This document shows, in pieces, positions 1 through 13,492 of a stretch of DNA of 64,000 nucleotides. How positions within the stretch are numbered: the stretch's first letter is position 1; every line of letters begins with the position of its first letter. The position numbers and the translations under genes are program-made. The stretch comes from Lingula anatina (taxonomy: Eukaryota > Animalia > Brachiopoda), in NCBI GenBank assembly GCA_051362555.1, contig CM120641.1:17174001-17238000 (forward strand), in the 5' to 3' direction. A model generated the notes under the pieces. The model saw only the letters and a program-made list of their open reading frames with translations. It had not been told where the DNA came from and did not search any database.

Positions 1-2316
1 GCTATTGAGGATAAGGAAAGGCAATAGAGTTCAAAGGTCAGTTTTGCATCTATGTCTGGACTCAAATCTACACAGGGCTTAAAAAAAATTATCTGTCCAA
101 GGTGAACATTCGAAACTGACTTCGTTACTTGGTTTCGGCAAACTAGTTTGCATTTATGTCTATTTTTAGATAAATTAATTTTAATTAGATCCAGTTTAAT
201 TCAAAATAAAGAGGTGTATGTAATTATTATACGAAGGGCAAACTATATTTTTCTAATTTTAATGATATTTGCTTAAAGTCATTGGCAATGCAAAAGGTGT
301 TTCAAATTACTCAGCAGCGAATGTCGATAAAAACTGACGTTATCATTAAAGGTTAATTTTAGACTAAAAGATATAAATAGGTTAACATGCGTTCACCACT
401 TCAAAGTTATGTGCACAGTATTGAATGATCACCCAGCGTAATTTGAAATCAATACGGTTATTAAATGAGAAAAGGTTTATTAGACCCTGTCACGCGAATG
501 GAACCTTGTAATGAGAGAAATAATTGTAAAATACGAGTTCTTGCCAGAATTTATCGACTGTACAATTTCCATATAACTGAGTTTACCCATGTATTTTGTC
601 GTTAATGCTTGTCCTGGCTGCGACAACGACTGATAGCACCTCGAGAGCGTCAAATCTTACACTGGCATGTGTAAGAATGCGTACAGAATATGTAAGGATC
701 CACGTGCATATGTAGTAGAGTTTGGAGTCAAATTTCGATGACAGAAAACAGGCTGGTGGCTTATCAAATAGGTCGTATATAGTGCTATTTTTTTAAATTT
801 TATCTTATTTTATTTTTCTTTTCTTAATTTTGGGTGAAGGTAGCTTTGATTTCATACTAAATTTATGTTACGACGCTTTGAAATATAGAAAGAATAATAC
901 CCCTGCTAAAAAGTATATACTTGTCCGAAGTGCAATGACAAAGACTTCATATCACGGTTCTCTCAATTTAAGGCAGAAAAAGTAGCATGAAGGTAACGTT
1001 TTGGTTCATTAATAAACGGTGAACTTAAGTACATAAATAACTTTTATTGTTTATGAATTTATCCATTCTTTACATCCGTTTTCCACCCAAATCGAGGATT
1101 TGATCTCTCAACGTTCGAAACTCTTCTGCTGTGTTAGTGTTCTTTACTATCAAAATAAAAATGAATATGCAGCCTTTGATTTATTTCACCACACCCTTTA
1201 CTTTTCTCTGAGCTTTTCTCTAGCAAGCATCGACAAGCCCTTAAACTAGCTCGACTTAACATTTCTTTTCCTTCAAACATCTAGATCTATCGGTATTTTA
1301 GAAAAGAAAGCTATTTTAACACAAATGGCACCAGTAAATGTTGATAAAACGAACCATATCTCAGTCTCACAAGTGAAGAAGTTATAACTGAACTGGCAGA
1401 TATTGTGAAAGGGGAATGTATGATGCAACATATATACACACTGAGGTTTAAGTTAAACAAATCACAGATGATAGTGAGCATTTTGAATGTCACATACATG
1501 TACGTATCAAAGTTTCATAAAATTACTATAAGAAACGGAGCTGACAGCACTTCGATCGACACGTGATGTAGAAGTTTGCTACTTTACATCATGACTAATT
1601 TTCTATCGCTGGATTAGGTTGTTAGGCTTGTTTGGATGGTTTTGAATGCTTGCGGAAAATAAAGGTATCGCTGTCATGACGCATTGGTTCATTAGATACG
1701 TAAACCAATTATTGGGGATCGAGCTTCTAAATTCGATTGGAACAATTTACAGCTAAATGTATTTTCAGTGTTTTCTGCGCTTTGCTAATGTCATTGGCTT
1801 TTTGTCTGTTGGCAAAATGGGATCGTTGAAGTGGAGGGATCCAGTGCCACTTTCGCGGCTATTAAAAAAACAATAAAGCAGTCACGCATTTTTGCAGTAT
1901 TCCCCTTAAAACCAGGATATCACATTTTATTTAAAAAAAGACTTTCGTATGTACTAACTAAAACAAGAAAGAGGGGTAGTGTAAAAGTATGATATAATCC
2001 AACCTCACTACGCCAAAATATTGATCAAAACATACCATTTCAGGTTCCACTTCTCTTCCAAAACTGAATGGCGAATTGAACCTCCTTAGCATTCTTAAGA
2101 GAAGGAAATGGCATGAAATTAGACACACGAGAGCATGTTTTATGCACTGAGTAAATGAAATGTCTAAAGTAGCAGTATTTATTTTTCATATTTTTATTTT
2201 TCATATTGATGTCCAACATTTATCAATATCATTTTTGCATTCAAGTCGATTATTTCATGTACTTTTTTAATACTAGGGTAACTACATTGCTCTTCTATTT
2301 CCAGTCCAGAAAAGAA

Positions 2317-2889
2317 ATGAAGTCCGTCTTTTTCGTTTGCATCTTCTTCACAACTATCGTAATAAACGTGGATTGCGCTCCCTGGCAGATAGGTAACCGC
2401 TTACGAACTTCCCATATATCTCAAGCCATGCACAAGTTACAAGGTTCACTTCACAGGATCTTTTATCTAGGACGAAAAAAGCCAAATTCAGGACAGTATT
2501 TCACAAACTCATTCAGTACTTTGAAAGGCGGGGAGCCAATAACGAACATCTATCCAATGAAAGGTTACATTCAAGTCGACCAAACGAAGCCAGTGGCAGC
2601 GTCCATGCAATTGAAAGCGTTTAATGGCATGGATTCTCCGACGACGGGCAAGCAAGAAAAACGCGCATGGGACGATTATGGACTCGGCGGAGGACGATAT
2701 GGAAAGCGAGAGTGGAAAGACGGAACATCAGGATTAACACTCACTCAAGACGCAACCAAGCACTCGAATGGGAATACTAACTCGAAACGTTCTGATATTT
2801 ACTGGCTCGCGGGTGGGCGCTTTGGACGTGACGTCAGCCATGTGACAGATCACGTGGACCCCGAAAATGATGACGATATTGAAAACTGA
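2317..2889 (+). CDS. CCK: Cholecystokinin/sulfakinin-type neuropeptide precursor (190 aa, single coding exon)
   Basis: Acceptor tttccag ends at 2304 and ATG is at 2317. Signal peptide MKSVFFVCIFFTTIVINVDC. Two amidation/cleavage cassettes: KR-AWDDYGLGGGRY-G-KR (2665-2703) and KR-SDIYWLAGGRF-G-R (2791-2826). These match the molluscan CCK/SK type DY-GLGGGRF-amide. AATAAA at 3302. Confidence 0.9.
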   Translation: MKSVFFVCIFFTTIVINVDCAPWQIGNRLRTSHISQAMHKLQGSLHRIFYLGRKKPNSGQYFTNSFSTLKGGEPITNIYPMKGYIQVDQTKPVAASMQLKAFNGMDSPTTGKQEKRAWDDYGLGGGRYGKREWKDGTSGLTLTQDATKHSNGNTNSKRSDIYWLAGGRFGRDVSHVTDHVDPENDDDIEN

Positions 2890-5300
2890 AAGCAGAAACT
2901 GCTTGCGCATACCGTTCCGCAAGAAAACCGTCTCCTTAACCGCTGTATTGTTTTTAGAGATTTCTGTTTATTACAGATAATTGAAATCAAAAGCTTTCGC
3001 CACCATGCAGTATTCAACGAAATCGATGTTTCCTCTTCAGTGATTTTCAAGATTTGTTTTGACACTTCAAAGCAACGCTTTTAGTGGATATTAACCGTAT
3101 TAGCCACACTGTCACTTGACTGAACATTTGATGCAGTAAATCATCTTGGCTAAAAATTGCCATTGCTAGCTTTTTTTTGGGCCTTACTCTGCCCTAGACA
3201 GGAGCAATACCAGTAGATAGTGAATATTTGATTGATTTCGTTCTTATTTTAGTCATTCTCGTAACTGAACAGAATTAAGGTAAAGTCCTGTCAAATCTAA
3301 AAATAAACTGTTTCTGCTGAATAACATGCATGTTGTCCTGTGGTTTTCTAAGATTTAAGATACCTGTATATCCTAGACGAGCTGTGAGAAAGCACATGCC
3401 TTTGTCAAGAAAAATAAGTAGGCCCTACTATACATCAATCCAGATTTCATTGGTCATTTAAAATCTGCCTCTTGAACATAACGTTGAATTACAAGTGGGA
3501 TACAGAAACCACCCTACAACCTTAAGAGCAATGAGGGCAAATAAATAGAAGAAAATATGTCAGTGATTTTAGCTATTCATTGCTTAAAGATAAGCAACAA
3601 TAGATATGGAAATAAAGTTGAATAAATATACCGAAAAATCAATGTAAGCTTCTTTAGTAAATGGAAGTTTATACGAAGTTAATAACCAACGGTAGATACG
3701 TCAAACTTTACAAACTGTCTCTTATTCATTAAATTTCTACATGCTTAAATTTAGACTACACGGCTTATATGAGCAGTTGGAATGTAGCAGATAAAAATAA
3801 AAATTAACAGAAATACAAATAAAGCGTCAGCAGCTTTGAAATTCAAATTAAATTGCCCCCTTTAGGCGGACATTAGGATAGGAAACACGCTTGGTGATTA
3901 CACGTTTTTTATTCAATACAATTTGTCGTTTGAAAATATATTTTACACCAGGGAATTAATAAATGCGTCATCTGTCATTTCTTGAATATAATCCTTTCTC
4001 AAATCACTCCTCAGGGAGGAAGGCGCCTCCGAGCGCTGATATACCTGCTGATTAGAGACAAATACATTGAAAATTGTGACAAGACATTGCAACACTTAAC
4101 CCTGTCCTAATGTAGACAGGTGGCATTTCTTATTATCAGCCTCCAATCTTGTATCAATTTTGTAATGTGGGTTTTCACTATTCCCCAAAGTTACAAATAA
4201 CTGTCGACAGGTGATTTAGGGCCTGACATTTTTTGCAAGCTATGAATCTCTGTTTATATTCAAAACGGTGCTGTGCTGTTATGCCTACGTTAAAAATTGT
4301 CTGCGTCGTGGTGCGGTTTCATTTACGGGCATTCGCGGACGATTATTTCTAGGTTAAAAACCTTAGCAGCATTGCAGTTATTGTTGATGGTGTTGATGTC
4401 AGCATATGGATTATTTACAACCTCGTGTAACTTCATCTAAGTCTTATCTTTGAAATATGAATCTTTGAATCTTTGAAACAGAGAATTATTGAACAGTCAC
4501 TGTTCTCAAAACATGTAATCACTTTAAAAGCACGCAATGCGCTAAAACTTCATGCAGCAAAAAGAAATAATTTTCTGGGAAATACATAAATATTTTGGTA
4601 ATTTAGGGAGTGAATACTGAAAATTGTTTATATGAAGCGGGTCCAAGTATTGCTAAATAACGTTTTCTGTTTTGAAAGCATAATTGCAACTTACAAAGAT
4701 TTCTTGAGTTTATCTTCTTTGACCCTGAGCTTTATGCATGCAAGTAACACGACCATCCAGAACTGATTTGGGCAACGTTTTAAAGATTTAGTCAAATATT
4801 CATTGTCGCTCATTGAGTTTAAGATTTAGATTTGATACCGACAATGAATTGCCTTTTTGTTTCTAGTATCAATACGTCTTGTCCAAGTAAGTTCAATGGG
4901 TATATTATATTGTTGAAAGCTGCCCCTTCCTGATGTCTTCTGAAACAAAAAAAAATACATCGACACACCCATATACTGTACATGTATTTAAAAAAACCAT
5001 GCATAATTTTCACTTTTCTTTATTATTTTATTATCAATGTCAGGTTGTTTTATTGTAAATGCTCCACAATAAATGATTACTATTGATACAATCCCCTGAA
5101 AAGAAGATGAAAATATAATTTTCTGTATAACAAAGAACACAGATGCACTGGCCCGGTGGACGTCAGCAATTCATTGTGACAACAGTGTGTTGGCCATGAT
5201 TGCGATAGAGAAGTTGCCCCTGAATCCGAGAAACAACCACGTCTACAATAACTGTACGAATGGAATGTTACCAATACATGGCCTGGCCCGGGTTCTTGGT

Positions 5301-5322
5301 ACACACACACACACACACACAC
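5301..5322. repeat. (AC)n microsatellite
   Basis: Seen directly in the sequence. Confidence 0.9.
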
Positions 5323-6299
5323 ATTCAGTAGCCAACCGGGGGCGGCAATAAAGAGTCCCTTTTTTCCATAAATTCATGATATCGTCATCATCATTATCAT
5401 CTTCAAAAGAATCAGTTATAGTTCAGACTACTCCAAAATCCTACTGCATAAGTTGTTATAAATATCTTTACTGACTTTGGCGTGATTTATTCACAAGAAC
5501 GTCACTTTTTCTAACAAAAATAAGTAATAAAAATGACAGTGGTTTAGTTATCTATTTTGATATTTCTGTTCATTTGAATATATCAAACATGATTATCGCC
5601 CCTTTGGAATGTTTAGAATAGCTTCCGTTAGAGTGCAGCTGGCATAGTGCCCGATGACTTGGAAATTGTCGACGAACACTTTTCAGTATTTTACAATACA
5701 GCAAATCCCACATATAAGCGACAAGCTGACACAGGCACAACGCATGAACCCAAAATGAAAAGATGGCGACCTTCTACCTTGAACCAACGTAGATTTGAGG
5801 AGAAAATATAACGCGTGCAATATTTGTAGCATTAAGCGCCTACACCACATGCCACTAAACCGTAAAATAATACAATGAACTCTTTAGTCAAAATACAACG
5901 GTGCAACACCAAATGAGTTTCGAAATTCTGTTTCATATCCTGTCATCATTTACCCTCTTGTACATAGTCCAAATGGTCGATTTCTTAAGGATACATGTGT
6001 ATAGAATTGTTTCATCATTTGTTAATTGTCTTTGATTAAAATAATGCTACATGTACTTAACAAGACCCCCGCCCTTGTAGTTATTCATTTATTTTCTATT
6101 TTGTGGTCGATGTTGGCCCTTTTAGTTGGAAGATATTTTAAATGTCAGTTATGTACAATATTAGACGACTTACAAAATAAAAGTTAGTATCTAGTGCAGA
6201 AAAGGTAAAATGGAGAGACAGCCAAACACTAGGTGGAAATACCGTCTATAGCGACTATACCGCATATATATAGCGCCCATGAAGCAGAAACCGGTCAAA

Positions 6300-6650
6300 A
6301 AAGCTAACGAGATCTGGCAGAACTCGCTGAGATCGCACTGTGAGCGCGAACAGTTCTCAGCGGTCCATATAGATATTATTGACGTGCAACCATGACGTGA
6401 GGAGGTTTTATTAGAGCGATGAATCACTAACCCTGCGAGAGGGAGTGATGTATCGTTAGTTTTGCACACCTGTCACTGCGGCCATGTGACTAGCGGATTT
6501 CGATAGCTGGGCTCAGAGGAAGTTTACGGAAATACTAGCCGTGTCCGGTCCTGCGTCTGGTGACCGGGAGAGGCAGGGGCAGCTGGGCAGGGGAATACAA
6601 TATGCTTTAACTTAAGCCTAGATTCTATAAGGCATACCTTGCAGGTAAGA
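6300..6650 (+). promoter_or_regulatory. Candidate promoter / first non-coding exon of the CD225 gene
   Basis: Locally GC/CpG-richer patch with a TGACGTG motif near 6392 and a consensus donor CAG|GTAAGA at 6644/6645. It lies upstream of the 9166 acceptor. Linkage to that gene is inferred. Confidence 0.3.
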
Positions 6651-9193
6651 CCACTGAAACTTCCCGTGGTGAATTCTGAGAAAGGGTGTGCTTTAGCATT
6701 CGGCATCTTCAGGTGATGTGATCCTATTTATAAAGGTCAAGTTTTCGTAGATGAGGCATAATTCTAGACGGAAAAAAATTGGTTAAAATCATATCCATTA
6801 AATTGTTGAAGTAATTGGCTGGCTTGCTTCAAACAGTAAAAGAAATTAATGGCTATTTATTTTAAGACAATCCGTTTCGTAAAAATGATTATTTCTTTTC
6901 TTTGTGGCATTTTTGCCTTGCCTTTTACCTATTATGCAGGGGTGAGTGCAGCGACCACTTCAGAATGATGAACTTAACAACACATGTCTGTTACCTATAT
7001 AACGAGATATATATTTTGGGGCTTCTGAACTTTAGATAGCCGTGTATGTTTAGATGTTTATAAGATCGGTCGTGCTGATCAGTTTTTCCTGAACTAACAT
7101 AAATTGATCTGATTTCCATTAACATCTATATAGCTACATATTACAGCCTTACAAACTGACCATCCCTCCATACCGACAGATAGATATACAAGGTTGTATT
7201 GTGGTGTTTTTCCCTACTGTGGGTTACTGCGAGTCGGAACGTGGCTTAAGGATAAAAGACTTAATTGTGGCCGGTGAACTTCAACCAGAAAAAGGATGAA
7301 CTGAATCACGTGCGGAGGTCAGACAAAATCCAGTAGGTATTCAGTTGGGCAGAATACGGCCGTCTATTTATTTAGCTAGCGGATGCTTGACATATTGAAT
7401 GAATGGGCAAGATTAAAAGCTGAATATATAATTCTTTTACTGTAACTGTCTGCATGTATGTAGAACAGAACAGCTGTTTGCACAGGTGGACGTCCAAAGG
7501 TCGTCCAGGTAACATAAGCTGGGAGGATTTTTTCTTTCAATTGCATTTGTCACTCAATCACTGAACTAAATTCCATGAAAACAAAATCGAAAACTGTTAC
7601 ATAATTATATTGCAGTGTGTGGGTTTTACTTGGCAACGGCTGTCGGCTAAAGCCTATTTCATGATAACCTTTCCAAGATATACATGCACTGAAACGATTT
7701 TTTACCTTTTAATTAAACGAGGAAAGTAATAATTTGCTTTTGTGATGCATGTATGTGGGGAAAGTGGCATATGGATCATTCCACAAAAAAGTGAACAATT
7801 GAGTCGAGTCACTGACAAACACATTTTGTGTACTATATGCATAGTTGTTTTGTAGCAGTTTTACCGATTTCTTTCATATTGTAGGATACATGGTATAAAG
7901 CAGAGGAATAACATTAGTGAGAATTAGGCAAATATTATGCAAAAATGTGTGGGACTCTGACATGACTCATACTCGGTATGTTGACTATTGGTCGGTATCA
8001 CTTTAGCTAAATAAGTAGACTAATTTGACTTGACGAGTGAGCACATGCACAGTAGACATTAAGATAATGTGACTTCTAGATCCAAATTTATGAATATTGC
8101 TGTAAGTAACATACAGAACATTTGGTTGGTTCCGGCGTACGGGTTCATGTATGATTGCCCCGGTTATTTAAATGTAAATTATATCTCAGGGAATTGAGTG
8201 AACCGTATCTTGTTTAAAACTGGCACCCATGTTTCCTGTTATTATTCGGCGTATCTCCAGTCTTGACATAACCTTGAAAGTGTTATAGACGAGAGACCTT
8301 TCTTCCAAAGCATTATTTTATTATTATTTACACGTGTAAGTCACACCGTATATGTGTGCTACATGTATCTTTTCCTTCTATTTGAGCAGTATATGTTATG
8401 CAATACACTTATTTTTAATTTTTTTTTGTTTGTTTTACAATCCCAGTTTATTTCTCTATATGAGTTAAGCTACCCGAAACCCAAGTTCTGATGGAATGTC
8501 TTCTGTAATTCTTAGATATTTAGCACCCTGACTATACTTTCTATTCTCTTTTCCTCAAACATTTACCTAAACAAATGGCCATGAGATAACTTACATTTTT
8601 TCGATAACTTGACCTTTCTGCATTTGATTTGCATTGATAAAGAGAAAGCAAATGAAGTTCTGGTGCGAAAGAGAAAGAGCATGTGAAAAGCAAGGGAGAT
8701 ACTGCAAATATCTTCCTGCAGTCAATAATTAGCACCCTGCAGTTTGCCAAGGTGATCGAGTTCACTCCTAAACGTTGTTATACAAGTAACATAATAAGTA
8801 ATGCCCTGCTAATCGTCCGTCTAAAATGGACGATCTAGGAGTGTCCGCTGTTGATTGAAATTCAAGGGATGCTAAGAATATAATAAAAAAAAAACAAGTT
8901 ATTTCTCAGGGTTTCATAAGAGGGATACAAATATCTATGAAAAATATTTTAAAAAATAAAAACAATATCATAAAAAAACATTTAATTTACATTCCTTAGG
9001 CAAAGATGAGTCATTTACCAATGGTCGGTTAGAATACTTGTTAGGTTCTTTTTAACAATGGAGAGTTGGATGTTCTACTAGTTGCTATTCTGAAAACAGC
9101 GTTTTTGCCTTTGTTGATTTGCTTATTACTGTGCAGTTTCTTGTAATTCCATTTGTCTTATTCCAGTTAAGAGATCGTCCTCGAGCCAAAAGG

Positions 9194-9658
9194 ATGTCGT
9201 CTGCGTTGCCTCAGACGATTGTTGGCAGAGGTCAAACAGCGAGTCTCCCGCCATACCAGCACAGTAAGATAAGCTTCAAACCGTCCCCTCTGTCGCCAGC
9301 ATTGGTGAAACAACCACGAAAGGTCGGTGAAGGATTTTCTCCCTTATTTGACGACGATGACGGGCACATAGCACCATCTGAGTCTTCCGAGGAAGAGGAA
9401 AAACAAGATCTTCCACAAACTTATTTAGGTTTAGCCGTCGTTGTATGCATATGTTTGAACTTTCCACTGGGACTCGCTGCTGTTGTCTCCTCCATGTTTT
9501 CGGCGCTCGAGTACAAAAATGGCGAAGATGAGAAAGGGAAAAGGAGGGCCAATATATCACTTGTTCTCAGTATGGTGGGAATGGTGATGACGATGGTGAT
9601 TACGATATTGTTTTTGTACATGTGGACTTTGAGAAGCAAAGATCATGGACACGGCTAG
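9194..9658 (+). CDS. CD225/dispanin family (PRRT1/IFITM-like) membrane protein, 154 aa
   Basis: Acceptor ttccag ends at 9166 and ATG is at 9194. Pro/Ser/acidic N-terminus, then PQTYLGLAVVVCICLNFPLGLAAVVSS...YKNGEDEKGKRRANISLVLSMVGMVMTMVITILF, the two-hydrophobic-segment CD225 pattern. An upstream coding exon cannot be excluded. Confidence 0.82.
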   Translation: MSSALPQTIVGRGQTASLPPYQHSKISFKPSPLSPALVKQPRKVGEGFSPLFDDDDGHIAPSESSEEEEKQDLPQTYLGLAVVVCICLNFPLGLAAVVSSMFSALEYKNGEDEKGKRRANISLVLSMVGMVMTMVITILFLYMWTLRSKDHGHG

Positions 9659-11635
9659 CCCGTACATGTACATGTACTCCTAAACCTGTTTCACCTTAGA
9701 AATGCACACGTTGTGTTTTGAAAATTATATTCTGTAAAGTGGCAGTGGAGATATCTGTGAAGCAAACATTTCTGAAACCATTCACAGAATTATTTCTGGT
9801 ATTACAAATTGACACGAAGTCAATCTAGGGAGGATCAATTGCCTCTGCGTTTGGAGATGCAAAATATCAAGAATGTTTATTGCTTAAGCTGTGGGTGATG
9901 AAGCCCAGCATCGAGCACTAAACACGTACATCGTCTTCATTTCGCGATGCGCTATCGGGAATAACAAACACCTCTGCTGATTAAAGACATGAAGAGAATA
10001 AACCAAGTCTCTGTTAATCAATTAGCTCAATATTTTGATAGAAAATCAAATTTTCCTAAAGTTAGGTTTATTATTTAGATTCACCTCAGACTACGGAACT
10101 TGTAATGTACATTTCCTAAATAAACGAGGATATTAATTTCTGCACGTGGCACACGTAATTGAATAAATAAATTGACCCTTCTCTCTTTGAGATATTAAAA
10201 CTCCTCAATAACATCAAGGTGTATGAGATACCTCCTTGATAGCATTGATTCATTTCTCCTTTGTAAGACGGTGATGGAAACTATTTTCATCACCACGGAT
10301 CATTTTGATTAAAAACCCATGTCTCCGAATGATGTTTAGGTATATATGTTTAGGTATATATGTTCATGTATATAAGTATTTTAGCTTATAGGATTTAGGT
10401 GCAAATAAATGGCTAAAACGCACGTGTGGACACTTACACACAACAGCGTTTATTTTTTGGGTTATTATCTGAAATATTAACCCCAGGTGAAGCACCGACA
10501 TGCGCGTGGGTTCCTCTTGAGCATTTTACTTCGGACGCTAAAGTCGCAGCATATAATCTTTATACAGCAAAAAATATATTTTTTCTGGAAAACTATACTC
10601 TATCCTAAACTAATAGTAAAATCAGATTCTGAGTTCTAAGTTTCTGATATATGACCCAAAGAAGATGAATAGTCATTGCACTCGTGACCATGAAATTAGA
10701 AAGCTTAAAAATGCTACATGTACATAGATCGCCATTTTCTCCACGGAAAGGATAAACCTTGGTGATGACTGGGAAATTGTTTCTGTACAAGTCTAACGCA
10801 CTTTATTGCCTTTAACTGACGTCACCGAAGTTGAACAGAGTGAAAAAACCTCTTTGGCCTTTATTTGTGCTACGCCCAATTAACATCAAGCTGAAAAACA
10901 TAACATTTGGATAATTGGCAATTATTCAATAAACAATGTGTGATTACCTCATGGTTGAGATTGAATACAAGACACGTTAAGTCATGTTTTGTATGAAGTT
11001 TGTATAAGCAGAATGCCTATCATGTCCGACCTAGACTTATTTATGACAAAGATTACTTGGCGACCAACCTTGTACGTTAGATTTCATGCGGCCAATCCGG
11101 TGATGTCAATCAGTCCAATTACGGTCTATGCTAGCCCTGATGTGATCGCACGTTGAGCCTCTTATAACTACGAAAACAGTACGTCTCCAAGAAAAACTAC
11201 TGGATTTGTAAAAAAAAAATGCACATGAGGTGTGTTATCCCGGTGGTAAACGATTGATATAAAAAACGGCACATTTTTTAAACCTTATCTAAATACAACG
11301 TCGTTCTAATCCTCGCAATCTCTTAGTTTAAAATTTGCTTTCCTGCTGTTTTTGTGCGCAGTTCTTTACTAAAATGTCAAACAGAATTGTGTTACTCTGG
11401 CAACACTTTACCAACTTCACCTTACCTTCTGCGTAATACAAAAACGTTCTGCACTATATCCCCACGCTTTCTATGTTCAGCGTGTTCTGGGAAACGTTTT
11501 AGGAAGACGGAACCTAAACATGTAATTCAATAGTGACTTCAATAGTTTCTTTGTGTCGTCTTTGTCATGAAATTATCTTCCTTTATTCCATATTTTGCAC
11601 GAACTTGCTGAATATACATGTATATATTTTAAATG

Positions 11636-11907
11636 CTATCGGTTTAAAAACGGCAACGTTTGGTAAAAACCCAAGTCCATTGGCAAAGCGGACAAGGCTC
11701 TAGCGTGAATCCATTCTTCGGCGCAGTCCAAAGCCTCGGGTTCAAAATCATCAAGAAACTTGTTGACGAAGAACTCTTTTCGTGTGACAAGGCGATGAAG
11801 GTCTCCAACGCCAAGAACGCACACGCCCCTCTGCCAGCGCCCGTTGCAAGGGTCTACACCACCCCAGGCAGCCCATACCGCAAGCCAGGGTTTGTTATCT
11901 GGCTTTC
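11636..11907 (-). CDS. GCNT1: Core-2/I-branching GlcNAc-transferase, coding exon 2 (terminal)
   Basis: Acceptor tctcttttttcag at 11908. A phase-1 join gives GKPDNKPWLAVWAAWGGVDPCNGRWQRGVCVLGVGDL...FFVNKF...ALDCAEEW, the conserved GT14 C-terminus. Total CDS is 1365 nt (454 aa). Confidence 0.92.
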
Positions 11908-12333
11908 CTGAAAAAAGAGAGAAATTTATATTATTGATAAAATGTTATACAATATTCCTTAATGATGTATGCTTCATTTTGAGCTGTTAAAAGGGAATGA
12001 GTCAGGTGACAGTATAGACTGGGAATATCTAGTAACTTAACGACATTAAATTAAACAGAAATTGGTAAACAGGGAGGTGGACTGTGGTGTTGATAATTTC
12101 TTTTCGGTCTGTAAAAAAAAGCCTAGGGTTGGCTAAGGCCGGGGTCGTGCTGAAGTAGGCAGGGTGGTACATGTACATGTAACACAATATTTTTTTTATA
12201 TTCTATTTGTTTATTTTTTTTTTCAAAAAAGCGCCTGTTGAGATGGAGCTGCGTTAGTCTTTTTTATTTTACACATACAGACAGTTATTTATTCACAGTA
12301 CATCACTCTGACTAACGAAACACATATATTTGC

Positions 12334-12343
12334 CCCCCCCCCC

Positions 12344-12385
<42 letters not shown>
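12334..12385. repeat. Poly-C + poly-A homopolymer run at the GCNT intron 5' end
   Basis: Seen directly in the sequence. Confidence 0.9.
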
Positions 12386-12388
<3 letters not shown>

Positions 12389-12399
12389 CGATAACTAAC

Positions 12400-13492
12400 C
12401 TGTGTATCCGCCTGGAGTGTTTAGTTGAGGGTTAACCTGGAGGTGGTGGAGGGTGGCCCAGTAGTGCTCGTCTGGGCTGTACGTGTCACGTGACCAGTCA
12501 AGCAGCGCCCTGGCAGCGGGATCATTCAAAATATAGTCCACAAACGCCCTGCTAAATATACCATAAGCGCTTCCTCGAACAATACTTATGTTAAATGGAG
12601 GGTGGTCCTTTAACTTGTCAGTAATTTTAAGCTTCGTATTTCCGTTTTCACGCACCACCTCCCAACTTCTCTGAAATCTGTTCTTAACTAGTTCCAGTCG
12701 ACTTCCCGTTATACCTTCAATGTCGTTAGCACCATTGTATAGTTTCAATATCTCTACCATTTCTAAATTAGTTCTCAGCGGGAAAGACTGACTGGCCAAA
12801 TTAATGTAATATTTCCACTTCTCTCGTCTGTGCATGGCATCCCTCATACAGTTTAATTCTGCCTGCAACCGAGGAAAACCTGCGTAAATAACATTTTCTA
12901 ATTTTGATGCAAGAAATACGTTGTCAAAGCAACTGGCTATACTGCGCAAAGCCCGTTGAAGAATAATTGGGGATTTCGCGTCCACGTGTATACAATAAAT
13001 ATTTTGAGGTCTGTAAATAGCCCGCAGCAAACGCTCGGTCTGATGAGCATTTTTATATACTAAAATGCTAAAGGCTATCGGAAAACTTTTTTCCAAGTCT
13101 GAAGAACTCATGATATATCCACGATTTTCTTGGAATTGAAGACAATTTCTTGTTAAATTAATAAAATCCACATCTGCGATAGCGCTGCGTTTTGCTGATT
13201 TGGCAGCCATCTTGACTTTCTCAATTTCGCGTTTATCTCCCTCCAGTAACTTCCAGCAGCTTGGCCTTGGGTGTTTGTATTTCATGGTAGTATTTGATGT
13301 GAGAGCAATATGGCGATTTGCAAGATCTATTTGCTGACTAATTTCAAGTTTCTGCAGGTGGCTTTTGGTATATGTAACATCATCTCTCACTAAATCTTTC
13401 GTCATCTCAAATGTAGCTTTAGATGTGAAATATATAGCTAGTACAAGAAAGGATCCCATGGAATAACACCTTCGCCTTCGGGTAGACGCCAT
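12400..13492 (-). CDS. GCNT1: Core-2/I-branching beta-1,6-N-acetylglucosaminyltransferase (GT14), coding exon 1
   Basis: Type II membrane anchor, FPIAFSILVYK, ERLLRAIYRPQNIYCIHVDAKS, WKYYINLASQSFPLRTN and TYSPDEHYWATL motifs. Acceptor ttttcag lies just before ATG 13492; phase-1 donor G|GTTAG at 12400/12399. The symbol is family-level only. Confidence 0.92.

Noticed and set aside
2206-2316. N-terminal extension of the CCK ORF in the ORF track
   Set aside because: Intronic. A pyrimidine tract and acceptor end at 2304, and the signal peptide starts at ATG 2317.
4819-5322. Minus-strand exon-like pieces, including RRGC...CCHNEL (Ly6/three-finger-like)
   Set aside because: The diagnostic terminal CN is missing, the ORF starts in a (GT)n repeat, and no consistent gene model could be built.
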